DNA of 60,620 nucleotides, counting the filler, from Schmidtea polychroa (taxonomy: Eukaryota): the NCBI GenBank assembly GCA_044892525.1. It is 5 parts of 3 records of this genome, joined end to end, with 100 filler letters (N's around TTAATTAATTAA, not from the genome) between each part and the next. Parts side by side here need not be neighbours in the genome. Positions count along the whole stretch, not along the records: positions 1 to 12,956 come from CM097885.1; 4 more parts are not named here. One strand, written 5' to 3'. Made by a program: the position numbers and the translations under genes. Under the pieces are notes generated by a model. The model worked only from the letters and a program-made list of their open reading frames with translations, did not search any database and was not told the origin of the DNA. Below are positions 1 to 11,791 of this stretch, piece after piece. Positions within the stretch are counted from its first letter, which is position 1. Every line of letters starts with the position of its first letter.

Positions 1-180
1 AACGATCTCTATAAAATTTATATTTTAAATGAAGACAATTTTTGATTAATGTAACTTGAAATCACTCGATATTTCCAGACAAAATAAAACCCTTAAATAA
101 ATCATAAAAATAGCAAAAATTCGTGCGGTTTCAATGAAGAACTAAAATATATATTTAATTGTAAGACGTTTCCTAAATAT

Positions 181-661
181 TTAAAAATTTTCTTTCAATT
201 TTGATTTAATTTTTTGCACCAAAGTTGGCAAATTATTTTCCAATTGGGAATTTACACAGATTCTGGCACAACGATTTACTTCTTTTTCTGCAGCTTCAAT
301 TTCAATTGCAGTTGGATTCACAGACATTCTATCCTTTTGTTTATCAGCACAGTCTAACATGCATCGCTGTAGCCTATTCTAAGAAACTAAATGTAATTAA
401 TATTAAATGCTTAATATTGCTTACTTGAAATGAATTAACTTCATTTTCAATAAAAGACTGAATATTGACAATTGGTTGACTACATTTAGTTAGGCATCTT
501 TGAACTTCTTCACCAGAGCTAACTAAATTTTCACAACATTTTGCCAAGCACCGATATTGGTCTGCTTGTATTTTCCTGAGAAATTCCTTATCAATTGCAT
601 CCATAGCATTTTGAAAGGCGTTTTTGTAAATTTCCTGCATGCCATTTAGGTCACTATTCAT
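181..661 (-). CDS. FAM136A: FAM136A-family mitochondrial intermembrane-space protein, 2 exons (425-661, 181-378), ~144 aa
   Basis: Twin CX3C-type cysteine pattern (YRCLAKCCE...QRCLTKC; LQRCMLDC...NRCARIC). Removing a 46-nt GT-AG intron (379-424) gives an in-frame protein ending at TAA 183-181. Confidence 0.85.
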
Positions 662-2575
662 CTCTAATTAAAAATATTTAAATATGAATTGATAAATTAA
701 ATTATCATTATAATAAAACTAAATAATAATAAATATTTAATTAATTTATATATAAAATTACTGCTATTTTACAAAATTAATATTATTATATAAACTCAAA
801 AACAGCATAGACTTATTTAAAATGTCACAATTAAATGAATAAACAAACAAGAAATAAACTATTTAGATTATTTTGATGAGTTCAATAATTTCACAAAATG
901 AGTTTTAAGACCTTTGTACCTTTTCAGAAAATAAACTTATTTAAAAAAATCGATTGTGCATGAATTTTAATCTTTATATGCTATAAATGTGGCTATAATT
1001 CTTAAATTCTCAAAAGTAACGGTGGTGGGTGAGAGAAAACATGAAAAACTTTCTTTAAAACTTAATTTTTCACCAATTTTTATTGAAATTAATTCTCCAT
1101 CTACTCTATCATGTAAGAAATGTTGTATTCAAACGGCATAATATGTTCATAAAATGTTCATTTCGAATGACAGTTCATTCTAAAAAATTACTTAACATTT
1201 TTCCAGGTGGAATTTTAAAAATTGATCTTTCTTATTATCTCTCATTAATATTCATTTATCGGATTTGACATAAATTGATTCTTGTGTGGTCATTTTTATC
1301 ATATGGAGAAAATTCATGATTAAAATTTGAATCAGATATATTTATTTCGACTCAGATTCTTGTCTCTTACTTGTGTGGGGAATTAAGTAATTTTAACAAA
1401 ATAAGATAAAATATTTAATAGAAATACTTTAATAATGCTGTTTGGCAAAAATCCCTTAGCACCTGAGGGCGCTTGAGTAGTTTGGAAATTAGACAGAAAT
1501 TAGAATAATAATAAACAAAATTTGATAACTTTTAAAAAAGTTTCAAAAAAAATTAAAAATTAAAAATTCTAAAAAAATTTGATTGTAAAAACTATTACGG
1601 ATCAAAAAAATTGATAAAAAAACTCAATTCAAACATGCAATGCGCTCTTATCACTTCTCTCTCACGAAGTCGAATTAAGTGGTGATTTAAGCACATTACC
1701 GAAAGATCAAAAGAGATTCGAAATTCAAAATACCATCAAACAACTCAAATGACCGGGAAGCAACTTGAAAGAATTAAAAATTCAATAATCGATCCATGTG
1801 CGCTGGAAAAACGAGTGACAACTCTTCCAGGTTCGCCACCACAAAGAAAAAGGCAGTGCCGAAAATTCGTGAATACCAGAAACATCGATATATTCACTGA
1901 TTCGTAGTATTCAAGCTATTAAATAAATACAATGGAAAAGAAATCTGTGGTGATANNNNNNNNNNNNNNNNNNNNNNNNNNNNNNNNNNNNNNNNNNNNN
2001 NNNNNNNNNNNNNNNNNNNNNNNNNNNNNNNNNNNNNNNNNNNNNNNNNNNNNNNNNNNNNNNNNNNNNNNNNNNNNNNNNNNNNNNNNNNNNNNNNNNN
2101 NNNNNNNNNNNNNNNNNNNNNNNNNNNNNNNNNNNNNNNNNNNNNNNNNNNNNNNNNNNNNNNNNNNNNNNNNNNNNNNNNNNNNNNNNNNNNNNNNNNN
2201 NNTTTATTCCTAATATTACTAACATATTAGTATTAGTAGTGTTGGGCTGAGTCGAAAATTTAATCATTGAAAAATAAGAAAGTAAGAAAGTAGAACATTA
2301 AGGAAAATAAAAATAAAATAAATGAAATCAGAGATAAAATAGAATAAGATATAAGGAAAATAATAATTAAGACATAAGAATTAAAACAAAAAATTAAATT
2401 AAGAAAAAATTAAAATAGAACAACAAGTTGACAAATAAATAAGGAGGAATTTAAGAAATAATAAGGAAATTAAGGAAATAAATAGAAAAACATATTAAAA
2501 ATAAAGAAAATAAGGAAAAACAACCTAAAAACAAGAAAATTATATTAAGTTAATAGAAATAAGCGGTACTCAACT

Positions 2576-2612
2576 CTGATTGGTCCGCACAAATAAGAAT
2601 TTGCTATATATA
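2576..2612 (+). promoter_or_regulatory. Putative promoter: inverted CCAAT box plus TATA-like element
   Basis: CTGATTGGTCCGCA followed ~25 nt later by CTATATATA, upstream of GTAAG donors at 2661 and ~2905. Confidence 0.35.
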
Positions 2613-3133
2613 CAACCACCAAAATCATTAAATTTACTGTTAACCCCGAGCATTTTATAGGTAAGAGAGAATGTTTAAACTTAACTGTTAACCCCGAGCA
2701 TTTTATAGACATTCACTATTCACGGAATTCTATTTCAAGGATCAGCACTACTAGCCAAGCAACCGTTATTTAGAAAACTTCACAACTATTCGAAACCAGT
2801 TCAGAGACTGAAATACTATTCATCACCATAATCCACATTCGACGGACCACTATTAGACTTATTTGGAACGAACAACATTGAATTTTGACTCAGCCTAAAC
2901 AATGGTAAGGAGTATTTCATTTGTTTATCAATTTATTTAAGTACTTTCAAAGTCAATAGTAATGTTAAATATTAGCGATTAAACATCTTAGTTAACTCTC
3001 TTCATTTGATTCCATATTTAGTAATTTTTAATGTTTTAATGAAATTTGCATGTATAAGTATTATAGAATCAATAAATAATTTTTTATCCAGATATCTATG
3101 TGTTATTATTTGAATTAGAGATTTTATGAATTT

Positions 3134-3285
3134 TCACTTGATGAGTAACGTGGAGTTGAGATACTCCATGTCATGGTATGAGGTGCCTTCGGGAGCTCGG
3201 CCGGTGGACATGGAGTATTTCAATCACGCAGCTAGATTGGGCCGAAATGTGAAGGCTTCTTCACGGGTCCAATCGCTGAAGGTGA
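3134..3285 (+). ncRNA. Candidate structured RNA (two long hairpins, box C- and box D-like motifs)
   Basis: TGATGA at 3139-3144; 17-bp stem ttgagatactccatgtc/gacatggagtatttcaa; ccTTCGgg loop at 3186-3193; second hairpin gattgggcc..gtgaag-gctt-cttcac..ggtccaatc; CTGA at 3276-3279. The stem deviations are G-U wobbles on the + strand. Confidence 0.5.
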
Positions 3286-3329
3286 CTTAGAATAAAAAAT
3301 GGGAAAGTAGAACCGAGGGAGTGTAGTGA

Positions 3330-4640
3330 TAGCTGATTTATTGGAATAAGGGTAGTGGTTCACAGTGACTGAACGGGTCTATCACCTTCGTATTAACAAC
3401 GATTCTACAACACTCGCATTCGAAAATTCCTTATCTTCGGCCACCGATTTGAAATACTTTAATTCCGTCAGTAGAGTAAACCTCGTATATCGACAAATTG
3501 TTCCCTCCTTCAAAACAACCATTCGCAATCAGTTTAACAAGCAACTTCATTTTTTTTTGGGAACACCGATTCTGACAGTAAGAGATTCATGTAGCAGATT
3601 ATAATCAAAAATTTCAATTGAAGACAAGTCAACACATATAAAATTTACATTTTGGTTATTATTACATAAAATGAAAACTACCCCGAACGGCCTATACGTG
3701 GGCCAGTGCATGAAAATTCACCTGCTAAAATCCCAAAATAATCGTCATCAACGAGTCGAGATTAGAGAAGGCATTCCGAAGGATTTAATAATATATCCAC
3801 AAAAGTAGTATATCCAACAATAACGACGAGAGGGGATTGACAACTAAATTTTTCATATTGGCTAAGATCAACTCAGTGAATTCAACATCAGGAATTTCAA
3901 TCAAAAATACTAATCGGATTAGAATTTAGTGGAGTAACTACACTCACCGGCACACACTGATCACAAGACCCGGAATGAATCCATCGGTATACACCCATTT
4001 GCGATAATGTCGTCACTACTAACGTAATCAGATGAGAAAATTTTCCATGTGTCACCCATTTGTTTTTTCTGCGATTAGACTCAGCAATAAGCGAGTTCAC
4101 ATTTACCGATTGACATGAGAACTTCTTGCCAACACGCAGCCAGTAGTTTCCAATGATTAGATAAGAATCATCGGCCACAGAGAAAGTGAATACCGAGTCA
4201 TGATAACCGCTATTGCGCGATTGTACGTTCTTAAGCCCAACTGTTGAAATTCCTAAACTCGGTGTTTTGCACATAAATAATTAAATATAATGAATTAAAG
4301 GTGGAAGTGTATCAAATTTTACTATTTAATTAGTTTCTTTTTTTTAAAAATAATTAAATATATAACTTGCTAAGTTTTCGTAAGCGATTTAACAATTTTT
4401 AGGGAAAATCAACTAGTCATCATCAGTAGCAGTAAATTTAGACATATGTCGAGACCGGTGAGATTTCCCATCTCTACGAAATAATGTAAATTAGGGTGTT
4501 AAGGCAACAGCTGATGTGGAATCCTCACGCACATGTGAAAAACTTTCGAACGTATTCTATGCAGGACGGGCAATCAACCTTTAGACTAGCCACGAACGAA
4601 ACAGCCAACCGAGTACCAACCCCAACAGTAGTACGATTAT
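3330..4640 (-). pseudogene. Possible decayed secreted, beta-rich protein gene
   Basis: Signal-peptide-like MKVFIIVLLLGLVLG near 4640, followed by protein-like reading segments (including ORF 3897-4274) broken by stops and frameshifts. No family recognised. Confidence 0.2.
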
Positions 4641-4974
4641 GAATACTTTCATTATTATAAAAGATTGATCAAACTTTTGAATATTAACAAAATCAAAAGA
4701 CAAAAATTTTGATAAGCAAAAAAATTTATTTGATAAAAAATAAAGTTAAACGCATTGGGTATATGATGATTGATATTTTACTTATCCCTTTTCAACAAAT
4801 TTAGAAGGTATATTTCATAAAAAATTTAAAATTAATAAATAAAGAATTTTGTTGGAGTTAATACAGGAAGGCACAAAAATAAAATAGAAACACCGTTATA
4901 ATCAATAAAAACACAAATATAATAAAAGTGAAAAATTAATCAAAATTTTTAAAAAAATTGAGAATTAATATTGT

Positions 4975-5891
4975 CTGGGAAAACGGGTGTGGTTGTGTTG
5001 AGGTCTCGCTATTGGAGATTGTCAACTTACTAGTTCTTATACATATTTTGTAGGTCAATCTTTTAACTCGAGTTAAAATGAGTACAAAACGAAAGAGCTA
5101 ACATGTCGAGTACGAAAAGAGAGTTGTCGAAGACTCCAGGACTCTCTCGTCAATTTACGTTCCTTCTACCGGTTTCAGGAATTTATGTCATTGAAAGTGA
5201 AAAGCCTGGTGCACCCAAGCAGTTATAAGAAAGTGGGTTGATTTTATGCTGCCTCCACTGTGTAGGGGTCAGAATAGAGTTTTATTAATTTGGGATTTGG
5301 CCAGTTTTCACCGCTGTAAAGACATGAAAACTTTCTTCATGAGAGGCAGATTGATCAAATAATGATTCTGGCAGACACCTCCAGACACTTGACATTGCAA
5401 TAAACAAGCCATTCAAGGATCATTTGCGGATGGAAATCAATGAATACAGAAAACAGAATTGTGAGAAATCATCGAGGTAATTTTGTAAAACCAGGCTTAC
5501 AAGAAGTTGTGAATTGGGTAAAAAAATCACGGGAAAAAATAACTGATGGTGATGTTTCCAATGCACTACGAACATGCTACTTAGACAAGAAGTATTCATT
5601 TAACGATAGCTATATCGCAAGACATAAGAGATTCGGACCAATGATTCAACAGGAAATGGATTTGATAGAAAATCAGAATATAATTCAGGATTTTATTTAT
5701 GACGATGTTCCAGAAGAAGATGACATGACTGTAATTGAATAAATTTAAATTTCTGCATTCTATGTAAAATAAATATTAAATAAAAAAATATAAATATACT
5801 TTTATTTTGGCCCTCCACCGCTATTAAGCCCTAGCGCGTATTTTGGACCAAAAATAGTAAGACCGTGTCTTATTTTAGGAAAAAGAGGGTA
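4975..5891 (+). mobile_element. pogo/Tigger DDE transposase relic with right TIR
   Basis: Frameshifted LLIWDLASFH...LDIAINKPFKDHLR...KPGLQEVVNWVKKS motifs. The 3' end GTCTTATTTTAGGAAAAAGAGGG-TA resembles a Tigger-type TIR plus TA. Confidence 0.8.
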
Positions 5892-6302
5892 GATAAGACC
5901 CAAATAAAATAAATTATACAAATGAAACGCTACAAATAGATAAGACCCAAATAAAATTTATACCTTGACAAATAAATTCTTTTATCTTATTTTTTTGTGT
6001 ACATCAATTTAGGTTAACGTTTTGCATTACAAGTAAGTGTTTCAGGAAAGCTATTTCTGTCTTGTTCTAAACAATACCTTTTAAATTTCCCCAAAAATTA
6101 GCATTTGCAGATATATTTTTAAAAAACATTTGAATATGTCTAATTTTAAAAGTTAATTATGAATAATAATCTTTCTTAATTTATTTAAGAAATAATTTCC
6201 TGAAATATTTTATGTCTTCGTATTAAATTGTTTTAAAATTGATATTTTAGTGCAAAATTTAAATTATTTTATTTTTTAATTAAAAATTGCAGGTAATATT
6301 CA

Positions 6303-7102
6303 ATGATTGTACGTGGATTTTTGAAATATGGATCAAATTTTCTATATGGAAATTTAAGTACTTTTCGAACTCTGTCATATAAAAGTAAAATTGCTACGGA
6401 AATAGAAGATTACCATAAAAATAATGAATTTAACGAATCAGATTTAACGGTGAATTTATGTTTATTATATTTTTATTTACAATAAAATATAGAATAAAGA
6501 ATTTGGCGAAATTAATATCAGTGAATTTATTTTTATTTATGATTAATTTTATGGTAAATATTAGAGGACTTAGAAATTAAATATATTAATTCAAATAAAC
6601 CTGGAGGACAAAATGTTAATAAAAGTAATTCATTTTAACTATATATACATATATGACGTAAATGAAGTCCATTCAAAAGTGCAAATACAATTCCATATTC
6701 CATCTGTTAAATGGATACCAGATGAAATTAAAGAGTCATTTATGACAAGAGTAGTAAATTAAAATAAAGTTAAAGTCTAACAAATCCATTAGGAATCAAA
6801 TAGAATTACAAAAGGAAACTATTTCATAATTTCTTCAGACGCAACAAGGTCACAAATACTCAATCAAGCTGATTGCATGGATCGTATCCGTCATTCGATT
6901 AGAGAATGCATAGAAGCTAATAAAAAACCTGAAACTTCAATTGAGAACAAAGAACGTTGGGATCACATGTAGAAATTATTTCTAGCTGAAATTTCTAATA
7001 AGTTTTTTCAGAATTACAAAAACCAATGAAAGACGTTTACGACAGAAAAAGAAGGAATCTTTTAACAAATCAGCTCGACAAAATTATGACATTGATAATT
7101 AA
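6303..7102 (+). CDS. ICT1: Mitochondrial peptidyl-tRNA hydrolase ICT1 / MRPL58, 6 exons separated by ~45-nt introns
   Basis: Spliced product contains DLEIKYINSNKPGGQNVNK-IHSKVQIQFHIPSVKWIP...SSDATRSQILNQADCMDRIR...NERRLRQKKKES: the GGQ motif and basic C-tail of ICT1/ArfB. All introns are GT-AG. Confidence 0.88.
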
Positions 7103-8231
7103 TAGTTAGATTTATTTAAGATTTTAATTTATTTTAATTTAAATATAAAATTATTTGTAAATTATAATTTAATAATAATGTTAATTAGAAATTAATTTTT
7201 AATTTTTGACATTTTATTACGATGACGCAATCAGATGATAAATATAGGCTTTTACTGTCATGCATTATATTTGTATATATTGAAGCCAATTGAGTCAAAT
7301 TGCGTTGGTAATCCAAATCCCGATCTGCATGAAATCTTTCTCTTTACGTTTCTCATTACCAACAGCAAGTTGTTTCATTATATTGTGATTTTTCTCTATT
7401 ATTTATAGAGCTCTGGTAACGCATATTTATCATATTTCTGCCTAAAAATCTCTTGAACCTTTAGTACACTTCGCTTTGACAAGATAATTCTTTTTTTTTC
7501 ATTTCTAACTACAACAGTACAATTGTCAGAATATATACTTATAGTATAAAAATTGCATTTTTCAATTTATAATTCTATCACATTAAGTAAGCATTTTCTT
7601 CACAGGCTTTCGTAATTATTGTTGTCTCTTTGGACATTGTCTCAAAATATCCAATCATTATCCAAGTTATTAAATCTCATGAAAGCCTCGTGTTCAAATT
7701 GATCGATTTTTCCCCGTTTTTGCATCTGCTTTTCTAGAAAACATTAGATAACATTTTGATGGAGCTTAGACATAATGGCTGTATATCGAGGATTTTTCTA
7801 ATAGGACTCAAATGTTCCTTAACTCTTTGTTGCAAGTTCCAATTTATACAATGAATACAATGCTGTTTGCCAGAGCTTTCCTCAATTTCCATGATTTGTG
7901 TGATAAACGAATTGGAGGCCCTGTGTATATAAGTTCTTAAGTGAAAAAAAAGGATCATCGATTGATTGGCAGAAGAGTGACTTTGTAGGGAAATAGGTGG
8001 AGCTAGTAGAGCAGACTCTAGTGTAGTGGATGCTATTTTTGCCTGAGATTATTCTAGTGGAACTCCAGCTAAGTTCTCTACAGATAATGTTCCACTGCCT
8101 CATCGACTAGTACACATCGTTCATCTGATCAATAACTCTGTTTCTTGTTTCAAATTTCTCCATTAGGCTCTTGGTGCTATAAATATAATCCTTCAAAAGA
8201 TCACGTTCTTTCTTGAATTGTCACTGAGTGT

Positions 8232-8445
8232 GTTCAAACATGGACCAATGAGTTTTATATGATCGCGAGTCAAAGGCTCTTACGAAACCCCATGGCGAAA
8301 CTTGCTTAGGTAGAGTGTGATGTAACATTGTAAAAACACAGAGTACAACATCGACCCGCCTGAAAATGTTCGCATCTGGGCAGAGTTTGAGTGATCATGT
8401 AGAGACCCGAAAGATGGTGAACTATGCTTGTGCATGTTTAAGTCA
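8232..8445 (+). rRNA. Orphan, degenerate 28S (LSU) rRNA fragment (D3 region and flanking core)
   Basis: AAACATGGACCAATGAG resembles conserved AAACACGGACCAAGGAG; GACCCGAAAGATGGTGAACTATGC is the universal eukaryotic LSU core. No other rDNA nearby. Confidence 0.85.
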
Positions 8446-8795
8446 ATACCAAAGCTGTATTGATTTATGACTGAAATGATTTCTTTTTCAAGAACTATTT
8501 GAAAACAAATTAAAGTGACGATTAAAAAATGTAAAATCTCAACTTAATCTCAACAATTGATGAATTGAAATGAAATTCATACAATTAGATTCAATTTTGA
8601 CTCACATAGATTATAATAATTAAGTTATCTGGTGGATCTTTGATCTTACAAAATATAGTCTAAAAGTTTTGCACTGCATTTTGTTAAAAGAATGTCTAAT
8701 AAAAATTATAATCAATAGAGTAATATAATAAGAAATGATAATTAACTCTCCTTAACTACATAAAGGGGTTTTCATAGACAACTATGTCTCATAGT

Positions 8796-9197
8796 TAGGC
8801 CTGGATTTATCCTTAGGCTGACAAGGCTGAGGCCTAGGGTCCGATTGGCGGGGCCCAAATTTTTGTATTATTATTAAAAAATACTTAATACATCTTTTAA
8901 TTATTGGCAGATTATTATATTCATGTAATATAAGTAAAGAAGTATTTAATTATAATACATATTATATTTAATATAAAACCTCTCTAAAGTTGCTGTTGAA
9001 GATTTTGCAGTGAAAAAATCTAGAAGAAAATGTTTCTAAATTAATGATTTTTTATTTATGAATTGTACTTCATGTTTATATATTTTATATATGAATGAAT
9101 GTAATATTAACGTCGAAATTAAACTATTATTTTAACTATATAACAGCAGGAAACAAATTTTTAGCCTTTGGCCCCCTCAAGAGTAAATTCAGTTCTG
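8796..9197. mobile_element. hAT-superfamily MITE, 402 bp
   Basis: Perfect 8-bp TSD CTCATAGT (8788-8795 and 9198-9205); imperfect TIRs TAGGCCTGGATTTA / TAAATTCAGTTCTG. Confidence 0.8.
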
Positions 9198-11325
9198 CTC
9201 ATAGTATACATTTTAAATATTTATACCATTTACTTAGTTAATTAATTTTGCTGGTGAAAATAAATAAATCAACATGAATAATTAAACTCATTTCCTATTC
9301 GAACCAAAGAAAGGATCGAAACTTGCGACCTACGAAAGAAACAAAATTTACGCTCTTTCAAAGAAAATTGTATACATAAACCAATTAGTTTATTTACAGT
9401 AGAATAATAAATGCACAATTTTGTAACAATATTTTTATTGAAAAGAACAACAAAGATAGCTAGCCCATACAATTATTGCAAATTAAATTTTCTAATTAAA
9501 AATTCTAGTTAATTATAAAAAAAATAAGAAATAGTCAAAGTTCAAGAATTTCATTGAAATATGATCATTGTTTCTGCGCTCATTGAATTAATGAAATTTG
9601 TTGGCAAATTGTTTAAAAGAATATCGTGGAAAAGTTGAATGGCAATTAATTACTTAAATTCTATTATGAATTTTAGAATAGATTTTTATTGATTTGCAAT
9701 TTATTTCAATTGAATATTCAAACGAATAATTTTAATTCAATATGAATGAATAAAAATGTCCATATTTGAGAAAGATTAAATAGAACTAAATTAACGAAAA
9801 ATGAATTTAAAATCAAGCTTAATATGACTATGATAAACTGATTATTGATATACATGATAATACTTTCAATCAAATGAAACAATTTTCACAATATTGCTAA
9901 TTTTCGGTATGTTTCAATGAAAATAGATTAATTCCAATTTTATATCATTTGCTTAGATTTACATGGTAAGTGAAAAATGATATATAAGTCTTTATTATAA
10001 TAATATTATTATTAATAAAATAAATTTAAATTAACATTAAATTTAATTATAAGAACTTTTTTTGATATTCACGAATTTTTGGCACAGGTTTTTTTCAAAA
10101 ATCACTTGAAAAAGACTATGAAATACTAAGAAAAAAATAAGAATTTTTTACAAAATTTGGTATTTTGCATCTAATGAACATATAAACAAGGAACTGCACA
10201 TAATATTTACCACATAATAAGCAGATCAAGATCTTTTTTCTTATCCTTAAATTATGTTTTATCTTCAGTTTGATTAGAATTTTTACCTGAACGATTTTTC
10301 TTTTATCCTCGAATTAAGTGACATCCCCATAAAATTCCAAGGTTTTACTATTAATCCAGTGTTTAAATTTTATAAACTAGGGGTTAATGTTAAAGTTAAT
10401 ATCCAGGCTATTCTTTGACAGGAGTAAGATACAGTTGATTAATATGTTTACATAACTATGATAAAAGATAATAGCATAAACCGTTTCAAAGTAATATAGA
10501 ACGATAAGTACAAAAGAATAAATACATCATACAAAAATTNNNNNNNNNNNNNNNNNNNNNNNNNNNNNNNNNNNNNNNNNNNNNNNNNNNNNNNNNNNNN
10601 NNNNNNNNNNNNNNNNNNNNNNNNNNNNNNNNNNNNNNNNNNNNNNNNNNNNNNNNNNNNNNNNNNNNGTAAAATTCGGATGGAGGGGACCCTTAGCTTT
10701 TTTATATATAGAAGATCTAGTTTTATATTTAAATATTGATCTATGAAAATAATAAAAATAACAATTTTTTCGTGAGAATTTTCCTTTGATTTTTATCTGT
10801 TTTTTCTTCATTTATCCATTTCACACAAATTTCCGATACTTCTTTTTGTTTATCGTTGACATTTTTCATTTTGTATTCATTATGACTATCCACAAAAAAT
10901 TAATCTTCTATTACACACATATTTTCGGTAATATCTTTATCAAGTGTTATTTATTTATCAATTAAAGGCAGTGCCGAAAATTTGTCTAAATTAAAATCGA
11001 GGCAAATAATATATAAATTAAAAACAATTTACTTTTACCAAATTTTCATAATATATTTTAAATTGTTTTCTTTTCTTTTCAGAACGCCTGACAATCATAA
11101 TAATGGTGTTTTAGATGGGAACTGATTTGTATTTAAGGATTAATAAATGTTGGGAGTTTTTTATTCTTTTGATATTTCCTATAACTTAAAACATAATAAT
11201 GCTCATTAGTTGTTTTTTTTGAATATCATAGAAAATACAATGAAATGTAATATATAATCATTCGATTGGTTCTAACACTAATTTAGGCTGACAAAAAACA
11301 AACAAATATCGCTGATCAAAAACAT

Positions 11326-11620
11326 ATGCCAAGTTTCAGCAAAGAATGCGATCAATACAAAAAAATATACGATGCATGTTTTTCGGATTTTTTCCCGAAA
11401 TTTCTGTCCGGTGACAAAAACGATCCGTGCGGGGATAAATTAGCTGTATATGTTAAGTAAAATTTCTGCTTCATGATCACTGATTGTTAGTAATGATCTC
11501 ATATATATATCTAGTTGTGTACGGAAAGATTTAGAAAAACTCAATTTAGATATAAAAGAATTAGATCAAAGCAAGTTGTTAGGAGGCGATCGATACGATA
11601 ATAGTAATAATGTTAAGTGA
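11326..11620 (+). CDS. TRIAP1: TRIAP1/Mdm35 mitochondrial lipid-transfer chaperone, 2 exons (11326-11456, 11515-11620)
   Basis: MPSFSKECDQYKKIYDACFSDFFPKFLSGDKNDPCGDKLAVYVNCVRK has the twin CX9C pattern and YD.CF..F..KFL.G motif; 58-nt GT-AG intron. Confidence 0.85.
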
Positions 11621-11791
11621 AATGTGCTCAATTATAGTGTACATTAAATATATATTTTCATATCGGTCTTTCTGTTGTTATTTATATGTCAAAGTATATC
11701 AATGATTCATAATTTGTTTTTTGGAATAACTGGGAAATGAAATTGGAAATTTATATTGTGGTGATTGGATTAAAATTTATGTATTTTAGTG

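Noticed and set aside
3131-3256. Hammerhead ribozyme (TTGATGA...GAAA)
   Set aside because: The core starts with U instead of C3, there is no stem III or UH cleavage triplet after GAAA, and the putative stem II is implausibly long.
3141-3290. 49-aa ORF MSNVELRYSM... over the structured RNA
   Set aside because: Short with no recognisable motif; the wobble pattern is better explained by RNA structure.
7200-8230. Possible GIY-YIG relic (QQRVKEHL) on the - strand
   Set aside because: The YIG motif is missing and the frames are heavily interrupted; the family cannot be supported.
9270-9970. Spliced + strand gene with a 9-nt microexon (AG|ATTTACATG|GTAAGT)
   Set aside because: The splice-like signals are present, but I could not build an open reading frame across them.
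10370-10950. Small membrane-protein gene on the - strand, divergent from TRIAP1
   Set aside because: Plausible exon fragments exist, but a gap removes the middle and no family was recognised.
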